Shown: positions 25,625 to 39,617 of the stretch, piece after piece
Numbering within the stretch: the stretch's first letter is position 1
Layout of the letters: the number at the start of each line of letters is the position of its first letter
DNA from: Girardia tigrina
Lineage: Eukaryota
DNA length: 64,000 bases
Assembly (NCBI GenBank): GCA_001938485.1
Contig: MQRK01230279.1
Span: forward strand, 144,700-208,699
Direction: 5' to 3'
Position numbers and translations under genes: made by a program
Notes under the pieces: model-generated
What the model was told of the DNA's origin: nothing
The model's input: only the letters and a program-made list of their open reading frames with translations
Databases searched by the model: none

Positions 25625-26913
25625 CAGGGTGATCATAAAGTAATTACCGGGGTTTAAACTGCAATAACTTTTGAATTATATTGTATTTCTTTTTAATTAT
25701 AAAGGCATCTTGAAGCTTATTCTTTAAAATTTAATTAAAAGTACATTTTGTTTAAATGTATTAATTGTTGTTATTGTTTTAAGCATAAGATTCAAAATGG
25801 ATGTAAATCAGCGTGTAAAAATTGTTATTTTATTTGCGAATTATGACTTTAGTAAGAAGAGAACTTCAACGACCTAAATGGAAAAATATTCCAACCGAAA
25901 AAAGTATTAGAAGCATCTTCAAAAAAGTTAGAAGAAACAGGAAACGTTCTAAATGCCCCAAAATCTGGAAGACCACCAATTGATGATAAAAAGAAAAATG
26001 AGATAGCAGAACATTTTAAGCCAGAACCTCAGGAAGTCGTCAACTCTGACTTGCTCTTATGGAATTGTTCAAAAAGTATTACGAAACGACTTAAAAATGT
26101 TCCCCTACATAATTCAAGTCACGCAACTTTTGTATTGAGAAGATACACACTCTTAGACGTGTTATATGTGAAACGTTAATTCAATGGATAGATGCAGATG
26201 AAAATTTTCTTAGTAAGCTGATATTATCTGACGAGTCACCTTTCCATCTTAACGGCATTGTAAACAGACATAACTGTCGCATTTGGGGCACTGAAACACC
26301 AGTAGAAACATATCAGAGGTCACAGGCTAGTAAAAAATTTAATGTTTGGATGGGATTGTCTTCAACTCGTGTTTATGGGCCCTTTTATATTGAAGGAAAC
26401 ATAAGGGCGGCGCTTTACCTGGATATGTTAAAAAGTTGCTTTATGCCATCGTTATCAAGAACATGCAAACGGAAAGCTATGTTCTAGCAAGATGGAACAC
26501 CTGCCCATTCACTGATTGTGCGACAATTTCTGGATGAAGCGTTTCCACAACGTTGGCTGGGACGATGTGGTCCATATATATGGCCGGCCAGGTCACCTGA
26601 TTTGACACCACTCGATTTTTTTGTGTGGGGGTATTTGAAGAATAAAGTGTATAAGAGAAAACCAGAAACAATTCAGAAACTTAAAGATTTTATTTGTCAA
26701 GAAGTGGCAAACATAGATGGTGAAATGTGCCGAAATGCCATTAAGTCTTTTCGTGGACGCCTTAAACATTGTATTGATGTCGATGGTTATTCTGTTGAAT
26801 ATTATTAAATTTTAATAAATGCTTTTTTGTTATTTAAAACCATTTTTTCATAATGTTTTGCCAAAAAAAGTTATTGCACTTTAAAACCCGGTTGTTACTT
26901 TATGATCACCCTG
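25625..26913 (+). mobile_element. Full-length decayed rosa-type (DD41D-like) Tc1/mariner element
   Basis: TIR CAGGGTGATCATAAAGTAA.. / TTACTTTATGATCACCCTG, TA TSD. LSDESPFHLNG.VNRHNCRIWG, QDGTPAH, WPARSPDLTPLDFFVWG. Confidence 0.95.
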
Positions 26914-27522
26914 TATAAGTATACAAGTTAATTAAAGTACTTTTTCAAATAAAACATTACTAACTATAAATTGTTTTTCCTGTGAAATTTTTATTTTCGA
27001 ATAGATATTATTTTATTAAATTAATGAAGAAGGACCCTATAATAATATTATTATCCCTTATTTAATTTGTAAAATTATAAATGTTAAAAATTAGAAAACA
27101 ATTTCAACGTCTTTGAAAACAGTATTTATGGAATTAAAAAACTATATTTATTTAACATGTTGCTTATTATATATAAAAATTCATTTTCAGTAATTACAAC
27201 TCTTAATTAAAAAATATTTTCTGGCTATTAAAAAATTAAGACAATATATAAAACCTTTTTAGATTTTTATAAAAAGCTTAAAAGTATTTTGATTACACGA
27301 ACTTTTAAAAGTTTTAATTTATAGCTGTGAGTTAATAAATATTTTAAAGTTAATTCAAACAATTATGTAAAGTGACAGAAATGGATATTAAATCTCTTTC
27401 AAACATTTATTTATTCATTTGGAACAGATATAAAACTTAATGTCCTTCAATATCTTACCATTATTTATCTTTAGTAATATAAAAAAGAGTCAATAACCCG
27501 ACTTTACCTAATCTTTTTAATA

Positions 27523-28903
27523 TTAGAGTGAACCAAAAGTCTTTTCATATTTTCTATGTCTTTTTGTTCAATTCTTTCTTATTACCAAATAAAGATATTT
27601 TATATACATGTGTTATATGTTTTTAAAGCTCTTGAACTACTCTATCACAATATATATTAAAACTTCTAATTAGTCGTTAATATAATTTTTATGGTCTTTT
27701 AAAAAAATCATGGAAAGTTTTGAAATTCGTGTTCTTTTACGCCATTATTGGAAACATGGCTTAAACGCAAATGCAGTAACAAAGAAGATATGCGAAGTTG
27801 AAGGCAATAATGTGGTCTCAAATCGTACTGCACAAAATTGGTTCAAAAGGTTCAACGAAGGCGACATTGACCTCGGAGACAATGTACGTTCAGGCCGACC
27901 TATCACCGTAGATTCCGGAGCAATTCGTGAAGCTGTCGAGACAAATCCGTCAATAAGTACTCACAGATTGTCGGTCAAACTCGATATTCCTCAAACATCC
28001 ATTGTACGACACCTTCACGCTCTTGGCAAGGTCAATAGACAATGTCGAGAAGTGCCTCATGAATTGAAACAAATTCAAGCCGAAAAGCGTTTCGAAACCT
28101 GTCAAAAATTGCTTGAAAATCCGCGCGATAACCGTTTCATCCGTCGAATTGTAACTTGCGATGAAAAGTGGGTTTACTTCAGTAATCCAGACCAACAAAA
28201 TCAATGGTTGGACCCCGGACAAATGGCNNNNNNNNNNNNNNNNNNNNNNNNNNNNNNNNNNNNNNNNNNNNNNNNNNTAATCCAGACCAACAAAATCAAT
28301 GGTTGGACCCCGGACAAATGGCGAAACCGGTAGCGAAACGAGATCGTTTCTCAAGGAAGGCACTTTTGTGTGTTTGGTGGAATTTCGAAGGTGTGAATCA
28401 CTTCGAGCTAATTCCAAATGGTCCTACCATCGACGCTGACCTTTCTGCGCCCAACTTGATCGAATGTATGCGGCACTTGGTGAGAAATACCCCGCTTTGA
28501 TCAATCGAAAGCGAGTTCTTCTACAACAGGACAATGCAAAACCGCACACCGCCAAACAAACAAAGGAAAAAATCAAAAATCTCGACGCCTTTGAACTTCT
28601 TCCATACCCAGCGTATAGTCCGGATCTTGCGCCATCCGACTATTACATTTGGTACACTTCGACATATTCGCTCTATGGTACACTTTCTTCGTGGTCGCAG
28701 CTTCAATAATCTGGCCGAGGTCGAAAACGGGTGTCACCAGTTCTTCGCTTCTAAGAACAAGGATTGGTACCGCAGCGGGATCGCACAACTTGCCCATAGA
28801 TTCAAATGGCCTTTATTTTGAAACTTAAATGTTTTTTATTTGTTGTAAAATTATGTTTAAATTTTTAATAAAAAATACGAAAAGACTTTTGGTTCACCCT
28901 AAT
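27523..28903 (+). mobile_element. Full-length mariner element with TIRs (small N-gap)
   Basis: TIR TTAGAGTGAACCAAAAGTCTTTTC / GAAAAGACTTTTGGTTCACCCTAA, TA TSD. EVPHEL, IVTCDEKW, QQDNAKPH, YSPDLAPSDY. Confidence 0.95.
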
Positions 28904-31441
28904 ATACAGTTATGAAATTATAAAAAAAATTAATAAAATTTTCAGGTCTTTTGTACTATTTTATCTGAAAATTATTTTGCATACAAATAATAAACTAATA
29001 TAATCCTCTTTTCTTATTACCAGGTGAAAATTAAACATCACATTACTCAAATCTTCAAAATCATTTGAATTAATTTCCTTAATTTAATATTCCTACTGTA
29101 AAGATTATTTCTCAATAGGATTCCTTTATTTTACATAGGTCTATAATATTCTTGCCGATTATAAAATTAGGAATAAGATTCCTCTGAATATTAAATAAGT
29201 ATTCCTTTTTGACAAACCTTTGAATATGTTAAACTTTGTCCGCTCAATTGAATAATAAATAACCATTTAGTTTCTATGTTTTAAATTGGCTCAATTATTA
29301 CTAAATGATTTAATAACAATCGATGAAGAACAGAAAAATAATCGAATACACAGTTATATTATGAAATATGGTATTTATACATATTTTGTAAGAACAAATA
29401 ATTGTAAAATAGCTGCTTAATCTTATACGATAGTATTATATTTTTATTATTTGCCTAATATAACATTATTAAACTTATTATTTATGTAGTTGAATAATTA
29501 AACTTGAATTGCAATTACGAGTATTTTGATTATTACATTATATACGAAAATTTGAGGAAGTTGTCGTAAGAAACTATTATTTTATAAGACATCCATGTAA
29601 GGAAAACATGAGAACCCCTGGTTTATTATATCAAATTAGACATTCTAGTGACAACCAAAGCTGAACATGTTGTTTTACTTTTGATTGAATCAATCATTTT
29701 TATTATCATTTATGTTACACAATGTTCGCAAAATAAAGTGAATATGAATTTTTTTCTGCATAGAAATGTTGAAGTTAAATGGACTATCAAATGCATCAAA
29801 GCCATTATCCCATCGAAATAGTCGCCGATAGCTGCTTTTATGTCTTTAGAAGAAATAATTTCTCCGATAAGAATAATTCCAAGCTTATAAAGTTTCTTTT
29901 TCATCTTCGGTCTGAAGTCTACTTTTGAGAATATGATATGAATTTTCGTAATTATTTTCTCAGTATATTTACATTGTAGTGTATCGTTTAAGTTTCGTTG
30001 TCTGATAATACAGTATCTGAGAAGTTAACACATTCGTTTTTTTTATAATTTGCATTAAGACTTCATTAACAAACTGACAATATCTCACAAAAAGTTTAGA
30101 GAAGTTTGATAAAGTAGTTCGTGTCCCATGTTAAAAATTAATCGCTTAAACTTACTCGGCAAATAAATGTCAGAATGGCCGAGCTTATTTTACACACTCA
30201 AATGGCAAATATCATTTATACTCAAACAAAAAATAGATATACAAAAAATAGGAAAATTGTAATTAACCGCATGAAATGTATTGAAAAAATGTGTCTCTTA
30301 TCCAAAAGAAGTTTTTGAACACTGAAAAAGTTTGATAAAATATTTATTATTTATTATGTTATCCAAATATAATATAATTTGTTATTAATGTATGAAAGGT
30401 AAAAATAAACTACATGATTTACAAAATTAGGTTTATAAATGGCATTAAAAGTGAATGAGAAAAATTACCGATTTTATTTCCACCAAAGAGTGAAGAAAAG
30501 AAAAGGAATTATTTAAGGACGAAACGTTAAAATTTGTTGATATATATTGCGATTTTTATATTGTAAGAATTAAATTGACTAGAAAAATGAATTTATTTTT
30601 TCCTTTTTATATGTTTTTATACTTCATTTAACTTTTATAAAAGAAACTTATTTTCCAAAAGAACAAGAAGAGAACAAAATGAGATTACACAATTAATTAT
30701 TTTTTTTGTTTCAAAACACATGATAAAAAATGACATCAATTATTATTATTTATTGTAATACTAAAAAAAGCTTATATCTTTCGATAAAAAATGTATATAT
30801 TCCAGGCAGTTTAAAATGAAAAAAACACTCAGTTAAATAAAACAATAAAATTATAAATATTTTTATCAAATAATTAACAAGCTTTCAGAGCTAAAATGCC
30901 AGTTATATTTATACAGAATGATAAAGTCTATGCTGATGACGATGAATATTTATTTGTGTTTTAATGGATTCTATTATTCTGTCTACATTTATCTATTCTT
31001 CCAATAATGAAGTTAAAAAATATTAAAAAAAGATGCCTGATGAAAATTCATTTATTTTTTTTATAAATACTGTTAAATAAAACCAAATATATTTTTGTAT
31101 TCTTATCTAATCTATTTAAATTTATTCATAAACATATAAGAGTGATGCATATATAGCTGTGTTGTTCAATAAAACAGTATTAAATATATGAATATTTATT
31201 AAATTATTTGAAGATATTTTTACAAATTTTATCTCTTTGAAGACAGTTTGGAATCATGTTATTAGCATCTTCTAACTAATTATGAATGACTTTTATGAGA
31301 CACTATGATCCATTTGTTACTATCAAAGATGGGAAAAGTAAAAAAGGTCACATTTTATATCCTTTAATTATTTATTAACATTATAAACTACAATATAGGA
31401 TTCTGGATTTGGGTATTAAAATTGGTAAGCATAATATTAAA

Positions 31442-31479
<38 letters not shown>

Positions 31480-31500
31480 TATTGAGCATTGTGAACGCAA

Positions 31501-31830
31501 GTTTAATATTTTGAAAATTTAATTTGATTAAGGCTTCTTTTATATAATTATTGGACGTTTCGATGTTTATGAAATTTAAAATTTTTAATGAAAATATTTT
31601 TTTGCCATTATTACCAAATAATACTTTAATAAATTATAATATTCATTTAAAAATTTTCCATTTAAAATTACTATACCTTTTAAAATTGTAATATTAAAAC
31701 AATTTAAATATTCAAATATTCAAATACTAAATTTCCAAATATTACTGATGATGATGTATGTAAACATCGAAACATGTCCAATAATTATATAAAAGAAGCT
31801 TAAATTAAATTATATTTTCAATATATTTTA
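31501..31830. repeat. ~70-bp inverted repeat pair (31501-31570 / 31761-31830) flanked by (TA)n tracts, containing a hammerhead
   Basis: GCTTCTTTTATATAATTATTGGAC--GTTTCGATGTTTA is the reverse complement of TAAACATCGAAACATGTCCAATAATTATATAAAAGAAGC. (TA)n at ~31446-31477 and ~31835-31875. Confidence 0.85.
31739..31785 (+). ncRNA. Minimal type I hammerhead ribozyme
   Basis: ATATTA CTGATGA T GATGT ATGTAA ACATC GAAA CATG TC CAATAAT: intact core, GUC cleavage triplet, stem I with one mismatch. Confidence 0.75.
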
Positions 31831-31831
31831 A

Positions 31832-31877
<46 letters not shown>

Positions 31878-32569
31878 CAAGTCTGCTCTTGTGTCTGTAT
31901 GTTATATGAAAGATAATTTATTTTAAAAAACGTGCTATATATGTGTTGTTTTATTCATTGATTGCTAGTTTGATATAACTATTTTTATTAAATTTTATAA
32001 ATACAAATTATAATTTTGTCTATCGATACAGATTATTGAAAGAAGTTATAAATAAGCATTAAGAAATGAATTAAAAAAACAAATGTAGTTGGAGTAAATA
32101 AGCATTTAACACTATTTCATGTATTTTTTTGAAGGAGACTTTTCCTAGAAATATTTTGTTTTACAATTTCACTACATTATGATTCCGTATCAGTAGAATT
32201 ATCATTTTTTATTCAAATAAAAATCTATCAGTTTAATTATTATATTCGTCGGACCTATAACAATTCATAAGATCAAAGATCATCTATCCATTTTCAATTA
32301 TTTTTTCTTTCAACTTATATTTTTCTATTTTTATTTACGTTATTTGTTGCAGATTTGACTTTACTGTGTTAAAATTGAGATTTAATAATTATATCTTCTT
32401 AATAAACTACTTTTTTATTTCGTGCATAATTATTTTCGTTTGAAAATTTTAATCTATTTTATTAAATTTATATCGACTACTCACGACTAATTTTATTTTT
32501 ATTTCGACTTAAACATTTTAGTGGATTCTTATTTTATTAAAGAAAAAAATTCTATGTTTAGTAATTAAG

Positions 32570-32723
32570 TGTTGTATATATTTAATAATGATAAAATCAA
32601 TAAAATTTGAACAATATTAATATTTATTATATAACATATTATTTAAACAAATTTAAATTGTTTTTACATATTTTCAGTTTTTTTAATTTTTTAAAATATA
32701 TTATCATAAATGATAATATAACA
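32570..32723 (-). repeat. 3' LTR (154 bp)
   Basis: Matches 39137-39289. Adjacent PPT at 32724-32732. Confidence 0.93.
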
Positions 32724-35700
32724 TCCCCCTCTGGGATCACCGATATTTTGGAATTGGATTTATTGTGCTTCTTACTGGATATCTGTTTTCCTTCACTATC
32801 GTTTTTGCGACGGAGCTGGATGATACACTTGATGTCCGATCACAAGGAATACTTAATCTTCCTTTATATCTTTAAACTTGATTGTAGTTTCATTTCAGGA
32901 GCTTATTATATACTTTGTCCAATAATTCATAAGTCCAATCATTATTTATCTTCTTTATAGTAAACGGTCCAACGTATTTTGTTTTCCCTAATCTTTTCTC
33001 CCCCTTTCTTTTATTAACACTTTGTCTCCAACTCTGAGCTTGGTATACCACCTGTTTCTGTTATAAAGATTATCTGAATTCTTTGAATTATTTTTTATAT
33101 TATCTGAGACTAATTTATTCAGCTTTTGTTGCGTGTTCTTCAACCACAATACATATTCGTTTTCTGTTCTTCTGTCCTCGTTTTTTCCATTAAAATTTAG
33201 TAATGGCGGTTTTCTACCATACACTATTTCAAAGGGGCTATATCTCGTGGATTTCTGCGTTGCACATCGCAAACCATATTCTTCAATCGTAAGAACTTCT
33301 GTCCAGTCTCGTGTGTTACGAGAATACATAGATGCATTTATCATTTCTTTAGCTGTGCAAAAAATTCGTTCAATTAATCCATTTGATTGCGGATAATACG
33401 GTGAGCATAGAGTTTGATTAATATTCATCGAAAAACAAATGGTTTTAAATTCAGCAGAAACAAAATAAGAACCGTTATCTGGATGTATACGCTCTGGTTT
33501 CCCGTACTTTGATATCCATTGATCCCATAATAATTTTATTATAGATTTTGAATCTATTGTTCTAAGAGGGATTAAAGATACATATTTAGAGAAGTAGTCG
33601 ATTTTTCGTAAAATATAGCGAGATCCTTCTTTAGAAGTTTCGAACGGTCCGCATATATCCATTCCAATCATTTTAAATGGTCTGTTTGCTTCTATATGGG
33701 TAATTGGTGCTCTATCACGATATTTTTTATATTTTAATCTAGCACACGCTTCACACTTCGTAACAAAATCTTTTCTATCGTGATCCATACTTGGCCAGTA
33801 TAATTCATTTTTTAATGCAACTGTGGTTCTCTCTATACCTATATGGCCAACACCTTCGTGCATTTTTTGAATAATAATATATCTATCAGACTTTGGAATG
33901 ACTAGTCTGTAAATGTCATTGTTTAGTAAATAAAGTAAGTCTCCTCGTAGTCTTAGATCTTGATAAACGTGCAAATAGTCGTTTAAAACATTTATCTTCT
34001 TTGATTTCCATAGGTACGTCGGTTATGGTTATACTTTTTGTAATCATTTTAATTATCCATACAATTACAACATCTTTAAATTGATTGTCATCATTTATAA
34101 ATAATTTGCATATAGCTTTTTCATTGCTTGAATCGCTTGAACAGTCTTCGAAAACTTTAACGTTTCGTCTTTTCAGTGGTTCTTTATGATTTAGAGTGCA
34201 TTGTTCAAAATAACCCAATCTTGATAGAGCGTCAGCATTTGCGTTCTGCCAGCAGTTCTTTTTCAGTAATGCAATATTTCTTTTGACATTTAGTTAGGGT
34301 TTTTGAAGCGTATGTCAGAACAAGTCCAGAACCATTTTGTATTTGCGATAATACTGCACCAATTGAATTTTGTGAAGCATCGGTGTCCAGTATGTAATGA
34401 CCGTCTGTAGTTGGAAGAACTAAAACGGGTACGGAGGATAAAGCATCTTTTAGTTTTGTTAGGAAGAATATTAGTATTATTAAATTATTATTCAAAATTA
34501 TAATCATTCAAATAAATATTAATTTATATAAAATTAATTAAATGTGGTCCCTATTATTTCATAATTGATTCTCGCATTCTTTATGTAATTGTTTTAATTA
34601 GTAAATATATTTTGGGAAACGAAGTTATTGTGCAATTCTTATTAAAAACTAACATGGTGACCACGTTTAATTATTGGAAGAATCTGGTTCCCGCCGATAC
34701 ATAAAATGGAGAAGATAATTTTGAAGAATTCATCGAAGAATGCAGAAGATTTTTTGAAGTTTCCGGCACCGACCCCAATCTCAAAGGAATTATGGTGAAG
34801 GCTTTTATTTCAAAGGATTTAATTCCAATTTATGAGAAAGTGGATTCTAATATCGTGGAGTTTGATGAAAGGCTCATGGCAGCATTTGCCAAACCTTCAT
34901 CCCTTATTCAAGATTTTATGAATTTATATTCATATGAAGAAGGATCAGATGGAGTAAATTTATATTTCGACAAAATCGGGAAAATGGTAAGAAAATTATT
35001 GTCACACAAATGGGATGAAAAAGAATTTATGGCCTATTTCTTGGTACATTGTACAAGAAATGCCACAATTAAACGAGAATTTACTCTACGGGTATCCAAG
35101 GACATGGATCAGATCAAAGATGTTATTCGAAAAATTGACAATGTCGAAAAGGAATAATCAATGCATATATCAGCAATGAATCGCAAAGAAACCTATGCTA
35201 AAGTCGTTCAAAAGCGTCAACAGTATTCGAATTCACGGATTGATAAATCATCAATGGAAAAAACAAAATGGAGCCATCAAAACAAACCACAGCCGAGAAA
35301 TTTAGTCGTATGTTGGAGCTGTCAGAAGCAAGGACATGTCAGCAGGAATTGTCCAAACAAAAGCATCCAGACCAAATGTCATGCATGTCAAGAACATGGG
35401 CATATTCGAAAATAGTACCCAAACATCAAATGCAGCCACTGTAAGAAAATGGTCACTTTAGTTTTCAGTACTGGCAAAAACGGGAAGAAAACTATATGAA
35501 ACAGAGATACTATCATTGGTGAAAGGTCGATTGAGAAAGAGCATTGCGGCATTGGATGAAAATCGTGATGATATCGAGGACTTTGATGACGAACACGAAG
35601 AAAGAGATCAGACTCAAACGCTCAGGTTCCATCAAGGCGAGAGATGATGGGAGCCATTTGATAAAATGTAAGAAATTTTTGAAACCATTTATTTGTAATT

Positions 35701-36253
35701 TAACTTATTGTAATTGTAATAATAGTAATATTTTATTTGATAATTTTAATAGTAATATTTATTTGAATGATAATTTTATTAATAATTTTTATTTGAATGA
35801 AAAAAAAGTAATAAGAATGATGATAATGTGAATAATCTTTTTCAAAAGAGAAACGAATTTAGTGAAAGTGAGCATAATAAAACATTTGTAAATGAGTTAT
35901 CTAGATTTTAAGATAAGGGTACTAAGAATAAAATTAAAAAAGAATTATGTCATTACGACCCAATAAAAACTAATTGCGAAAATGACCGATTATGTAATGT
36001 GTCGGGTAGTTGTAGTAGTTCAACAAATATAGGTGTGTTGTATAATAATAAAAAAAATAACTGCGGAATATCTAGATTGTGTAATTTTAAAATAAAATAT
36101 GACAAACTTCATGGACGATCCTGAATGATAATTAAGTTTAATGATCTGCATTTTTCTTGTTTACTAGATACGGGCGCGCGAATAAATGTTATAGGAATAG
36201 AGGAAATTAATAGGTTAGGAATAATTCCGGAAAAAATTAGTAATGAAAGTATT

Positions 36254-36746
36254 CATTAATCCACTCGGTTTGTGCTCCGATCTTGTTTATAAATATACAT
36301 GTAATGAGTGTAACGCCACATACATTGGAGAGACATCTGCAAACGGATCAAAGAGCATAGTCGGTTGGATAATGGGAGCAATATTGCCGAACATAATTTA
36401 AAATGTAAAAAGAAAATCGGAGAAAATGATTTTAAAATTCTGTGTAATCGATTTAANAATTACTGGGAGAGAGTAACGTGTGAGGCCTTATTAATAAGAT
36501 CCATGGATCCAAAAATTAATATCCAAGCTTCACACTCAACTTCTCTGTTAAACATTTTCAAACAGAGCCTTTATTACATGATTGATTGCATAATCACCTT
36601 TCTCATATATAAGCTGTACAAAGCCAGTGTTAATTTAGTCTGAAGATGGCGGGTAATCCGCCGAAATTAATTACGAAAATAAATTGTGAAAAATGGCGTT
36701 CACTTTTTAATAATGAATATTAATTGCCATTATTTTTTAAATTCCT
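36254..36746 (+). mobile_element. 5'-truncated Penelope-like element (GIY-YIG C-terminus plus pLTR) with 13-bp TSD, inserted in the Gypsy protease
   Basis: VYKYTCNECNATYIGETSA..RIKEH, EALLIRSMDPKINIQ. TSD TAATGAAAGTATT at 36241-36253 and 36747-36759. Confidence 0.92.
36633..36680 (+). ncRNA. Penelope pLTR minimal hammerhead ribozyme
   Basis: ATTTAGT CTGAAGA T GGCGG GTAAT CCGCC GAAA TTAA TT ACGAAAAT. Confidence 0.8.
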
Positions 36747-39136
36747 TAATGAAAGTATTATTTGTGCAAATGGAACTGCTTTAAGCATATTATGAATTGT
36801 CTTTCTAAAGATAGAAATAGGTGAAATTTATAAGATAATAAAATTTTATATTGCTGAAAAAGTATCACCATCTGTTATATGCGGTATTGAATTTGTAAAT
36901 GCTTTTAAAATTCACTTAAAATAGAGAATGATCAAGTAAATAATAAAGGATTTTATTTTGATTATAGCAACTGTAGTGAAATATGCAGTATCAGTGCTAA
37001 ATTTGGATTGCAGATACCTAATAATATTAGGGTGAAAAATTTTCTTGATTTATTGAAAATAAAATTAGACTCTCCTTTATATGAAATAGTGAAGAAACAT
37101 AAATGGGATGTGGGCTGTACAAAACTTTTGAAACATAAAATTATAACAAAAGGCGATCCGATTTTAATGAAAGCGAGAAGGCAACCAACCAATTTAGAAG
37201 ATAAAATTGAAGATCTGATAAAGAATCTGGAGGATAATAAGATTATCAAACGATGCAATTCACCCTGGAACACACCCATGGTTTGTGTGTAGAAAAAAGA
37301 CAAACAAGAAATACGACTATGCTTGGATTTTAGATTGTTAAATAAAGTAACAGAAAGACCACTATACACTATGCCTTACATTGAGGAAATATTGGATTCT
37401 CTTAACGGAACTCGTGTTTTTAGCACAATCGACCTGGGAAATTCCTATTACCAAGTGGAGTTAGATGAAGATTCAAAACTGAAAACGGCGTTTTCTACAA
37501 AAAACGTTCAGTTCTGTTTTAACCTCATGCCATACGGAATAGTTGCTACTCGAGCAACTTTTCAAAGATTAATGAATCTTGTTTTAGGTGATATGCTTTG
37601 GAAGGAAGCTTTGGTTTATTAAGATGACATTCTTGTTTTCTCAAAGACTCTGGACGAACATATTTTTAAATTAAATAAATTGTTTGATAAAATTAAATGT
37701 GCAGGTCTTAAAATAAACCCAGATAAATGTCATTTTTTAAAACAGAAAACCAAATTTTTAGGTCACATAATTAATGAAGAAGGAGTTAGAACCGATCCAG
37801 ACAAGTTAGAATCCATCAAAACATTTGAAAGACCGAAATATATTAAAAAATTAAGAAGTTTTCTGGGTCTTTGTAATTATTATCGGAAATTTATAAAGAA
37901 CTATTCAAGTCTTGCAAGGAATCTAGAAACTCTTTGTGGCAGCAACAAGGAAAAACTCTTTTGGAACGATGAATGTGAAAAATCATTTTGTCAATTGAAG
38001 GAAGCTCTAACGAAAACACCAGAGCTAGCATATCATGATTTCAATAAGGATTTCATTTTAGATACAGATGCAAGTCACAATACTATTGGTGCAGTTTTAT
38101 CTCAGTTAGATGACGAAGGGAATGAAAAAGTAATTGCCTATGGATCACATGCTATGAGTTAACATGAAATTGGATACTGCATAACAAGGAAGAAATTGTT
38201 AGCAATTTATTTTTTCACACAAGACTTTAAGCACTATCTATATGGCAGATAGTTTACCTTAAGAACGGATCAAAAAGCAATAACTTTCATGCTGGCAACG
38301 AAGAAACCTATAACATCCCAGTTTCAAAAGTGACTAAACTTTTTAAGTAGTTTAGATATGAAATTAGAGTATAGAAAGGGCTTGCATCATTCAAATACAG
38401 ATGGATTATCAAGGAGAGATTGCGATATGTGCTGTCAATGTCAAATGCAACACGAGGAGTCTAAAAAAGGAAAAATGAAGACCAAAGTTTTAGAATCACT
38501 TTCTGAATCAGATGTTTTCAAATGGCAACATGATAACAACGAGATTGAGGAGATTAAAAGACGGATAAATAATTATGAAATAGATTATACGTTAACCCAA
38601 GCAGTGGTAATGACACACGATTGAAAAATATGGATTCCGACTAATAATAGATGTCAATTTATTCAATATATTCATTCAATGTTTGCCATGCTGGTATAGA
38701 AAAAGTTTTCAATTACATAAAAGACACTTATGCAATGGAAAATCTTAAAGAAAAGGTAAAGGAAATAATAGAAACGTGTGAAGTATGTCAAAAAAGGAAA
38801 GTATTAACAACAAGGACAAAAGAAGTTATAATCAAACAGAAATGCGATTATCCATTCGAATCAATCTTTATATATTTCTGTGTGTGTGCTGCCGACTCGC
38901 ACTGGATCTCAGCAATTAAGCTGTTTTCAAAATAGGACATAAAAATATCCATTTTGCGGAATCTTCTAACACCGATTGATTGAAGAGACTGATAAACTCT
39001 TTCACATTATTTATGTGGTCGGTTATTGATCTCTCCTTGCAATGATGTCTCTCGAATATGAATAGCTTTTCTTCTTTCTTCTTAAACATCAGTTCTTCCA
39101 AGTACTTCTGACCTGTAACATTTATTCGTGAGGCCA

Positions 39137-39289
39137 TGTTATATGTATCTAATAATAATAAAATCAATAAAAGTTGAACAAGATTAATATTTATTATATA
39201 ACATATTATTTAAACAAATTTAATTTTTTTTACATATTTACAGTTTTTTTAATTTTTTAAAATATATTATCATAAATGATAGTATAACA
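39137..39289 (-). repeat. 5' LTR (153 bp)
   Basis: Matches 32570-32723, followed on the minus strand by PBS TGGCCTCACG. Confidence 0.93.
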
Positions 39290-39617
39290 TTAAGTTATGA
39301 AAACATTGTAATACTGGGCTAAATTAGTGATTAATTTTTAACTGATTTACCACTTAATCCGCTGAAGTTATGTTGACAATAAGAGTGTAAAATATAAAAA
39401 GATACGAGTAGCAAGTAGATGAAATGTTACCATGCTCAAACATAATAAGTAACGATAAACTCTCTTAGAATGAGAGTTCTTTCCTAGAATTAAACTTTTC
39501 CAGCTTTCTCAGGAAATGATAAAAGAATTCTTGATCGATTATATTTTCGAGAATGATGTCTTTATGAAAGAAATGGAATTCATAATATAATAATATTACT
39601 TGTATCTTTAATTCTCC

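Larger units (their letters stand above)
34457..38882 (+). mobile_element. Nested Ty3/Gypsy element (short LTR, PBS, gag, PR, RT, RH, start of IN; 3' end deleted)
   Basis: TGTTAGGAAG at 34457, PBS-like TGGTCC at 34545. CWSCQKQGHVSRNC knuckle, LLDTGA, SPWNTPMVCV, Y*DDILVF, FILDTDAS. Same lineage as 1-3437 and 60627-63040. Confidence 0.92.
32570..39289 (-). mobile_element. Ty3/Gypsy element with both LTRs and TTAAG TSD; RT deleted; hosts a nested Gypsy
   Basis: LTRs 32570-32723 and 39137-39289 (TG..CA, highly similar). TSD TTAAG. PBS TGGCCTCACG. PPT AGAGGGGGA. Integrase ORF 32988-33974 (HHCC, DICGP, DNG, NGLIER). RNase H 34232-34456. gag 38916-39130. Confidence 0.95.

Noticed and set aside
28182-28322. 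Tandem duplication inside the mariner ORF
   Set aside because: Identical sequence either side of an N-gap, a scaffold overlap artefact.
29710-30020. Minus-strand exon candidate (open ~100 codons)
   Set aside because: No recognisable motif or clear donor, so it cannot be assigned.
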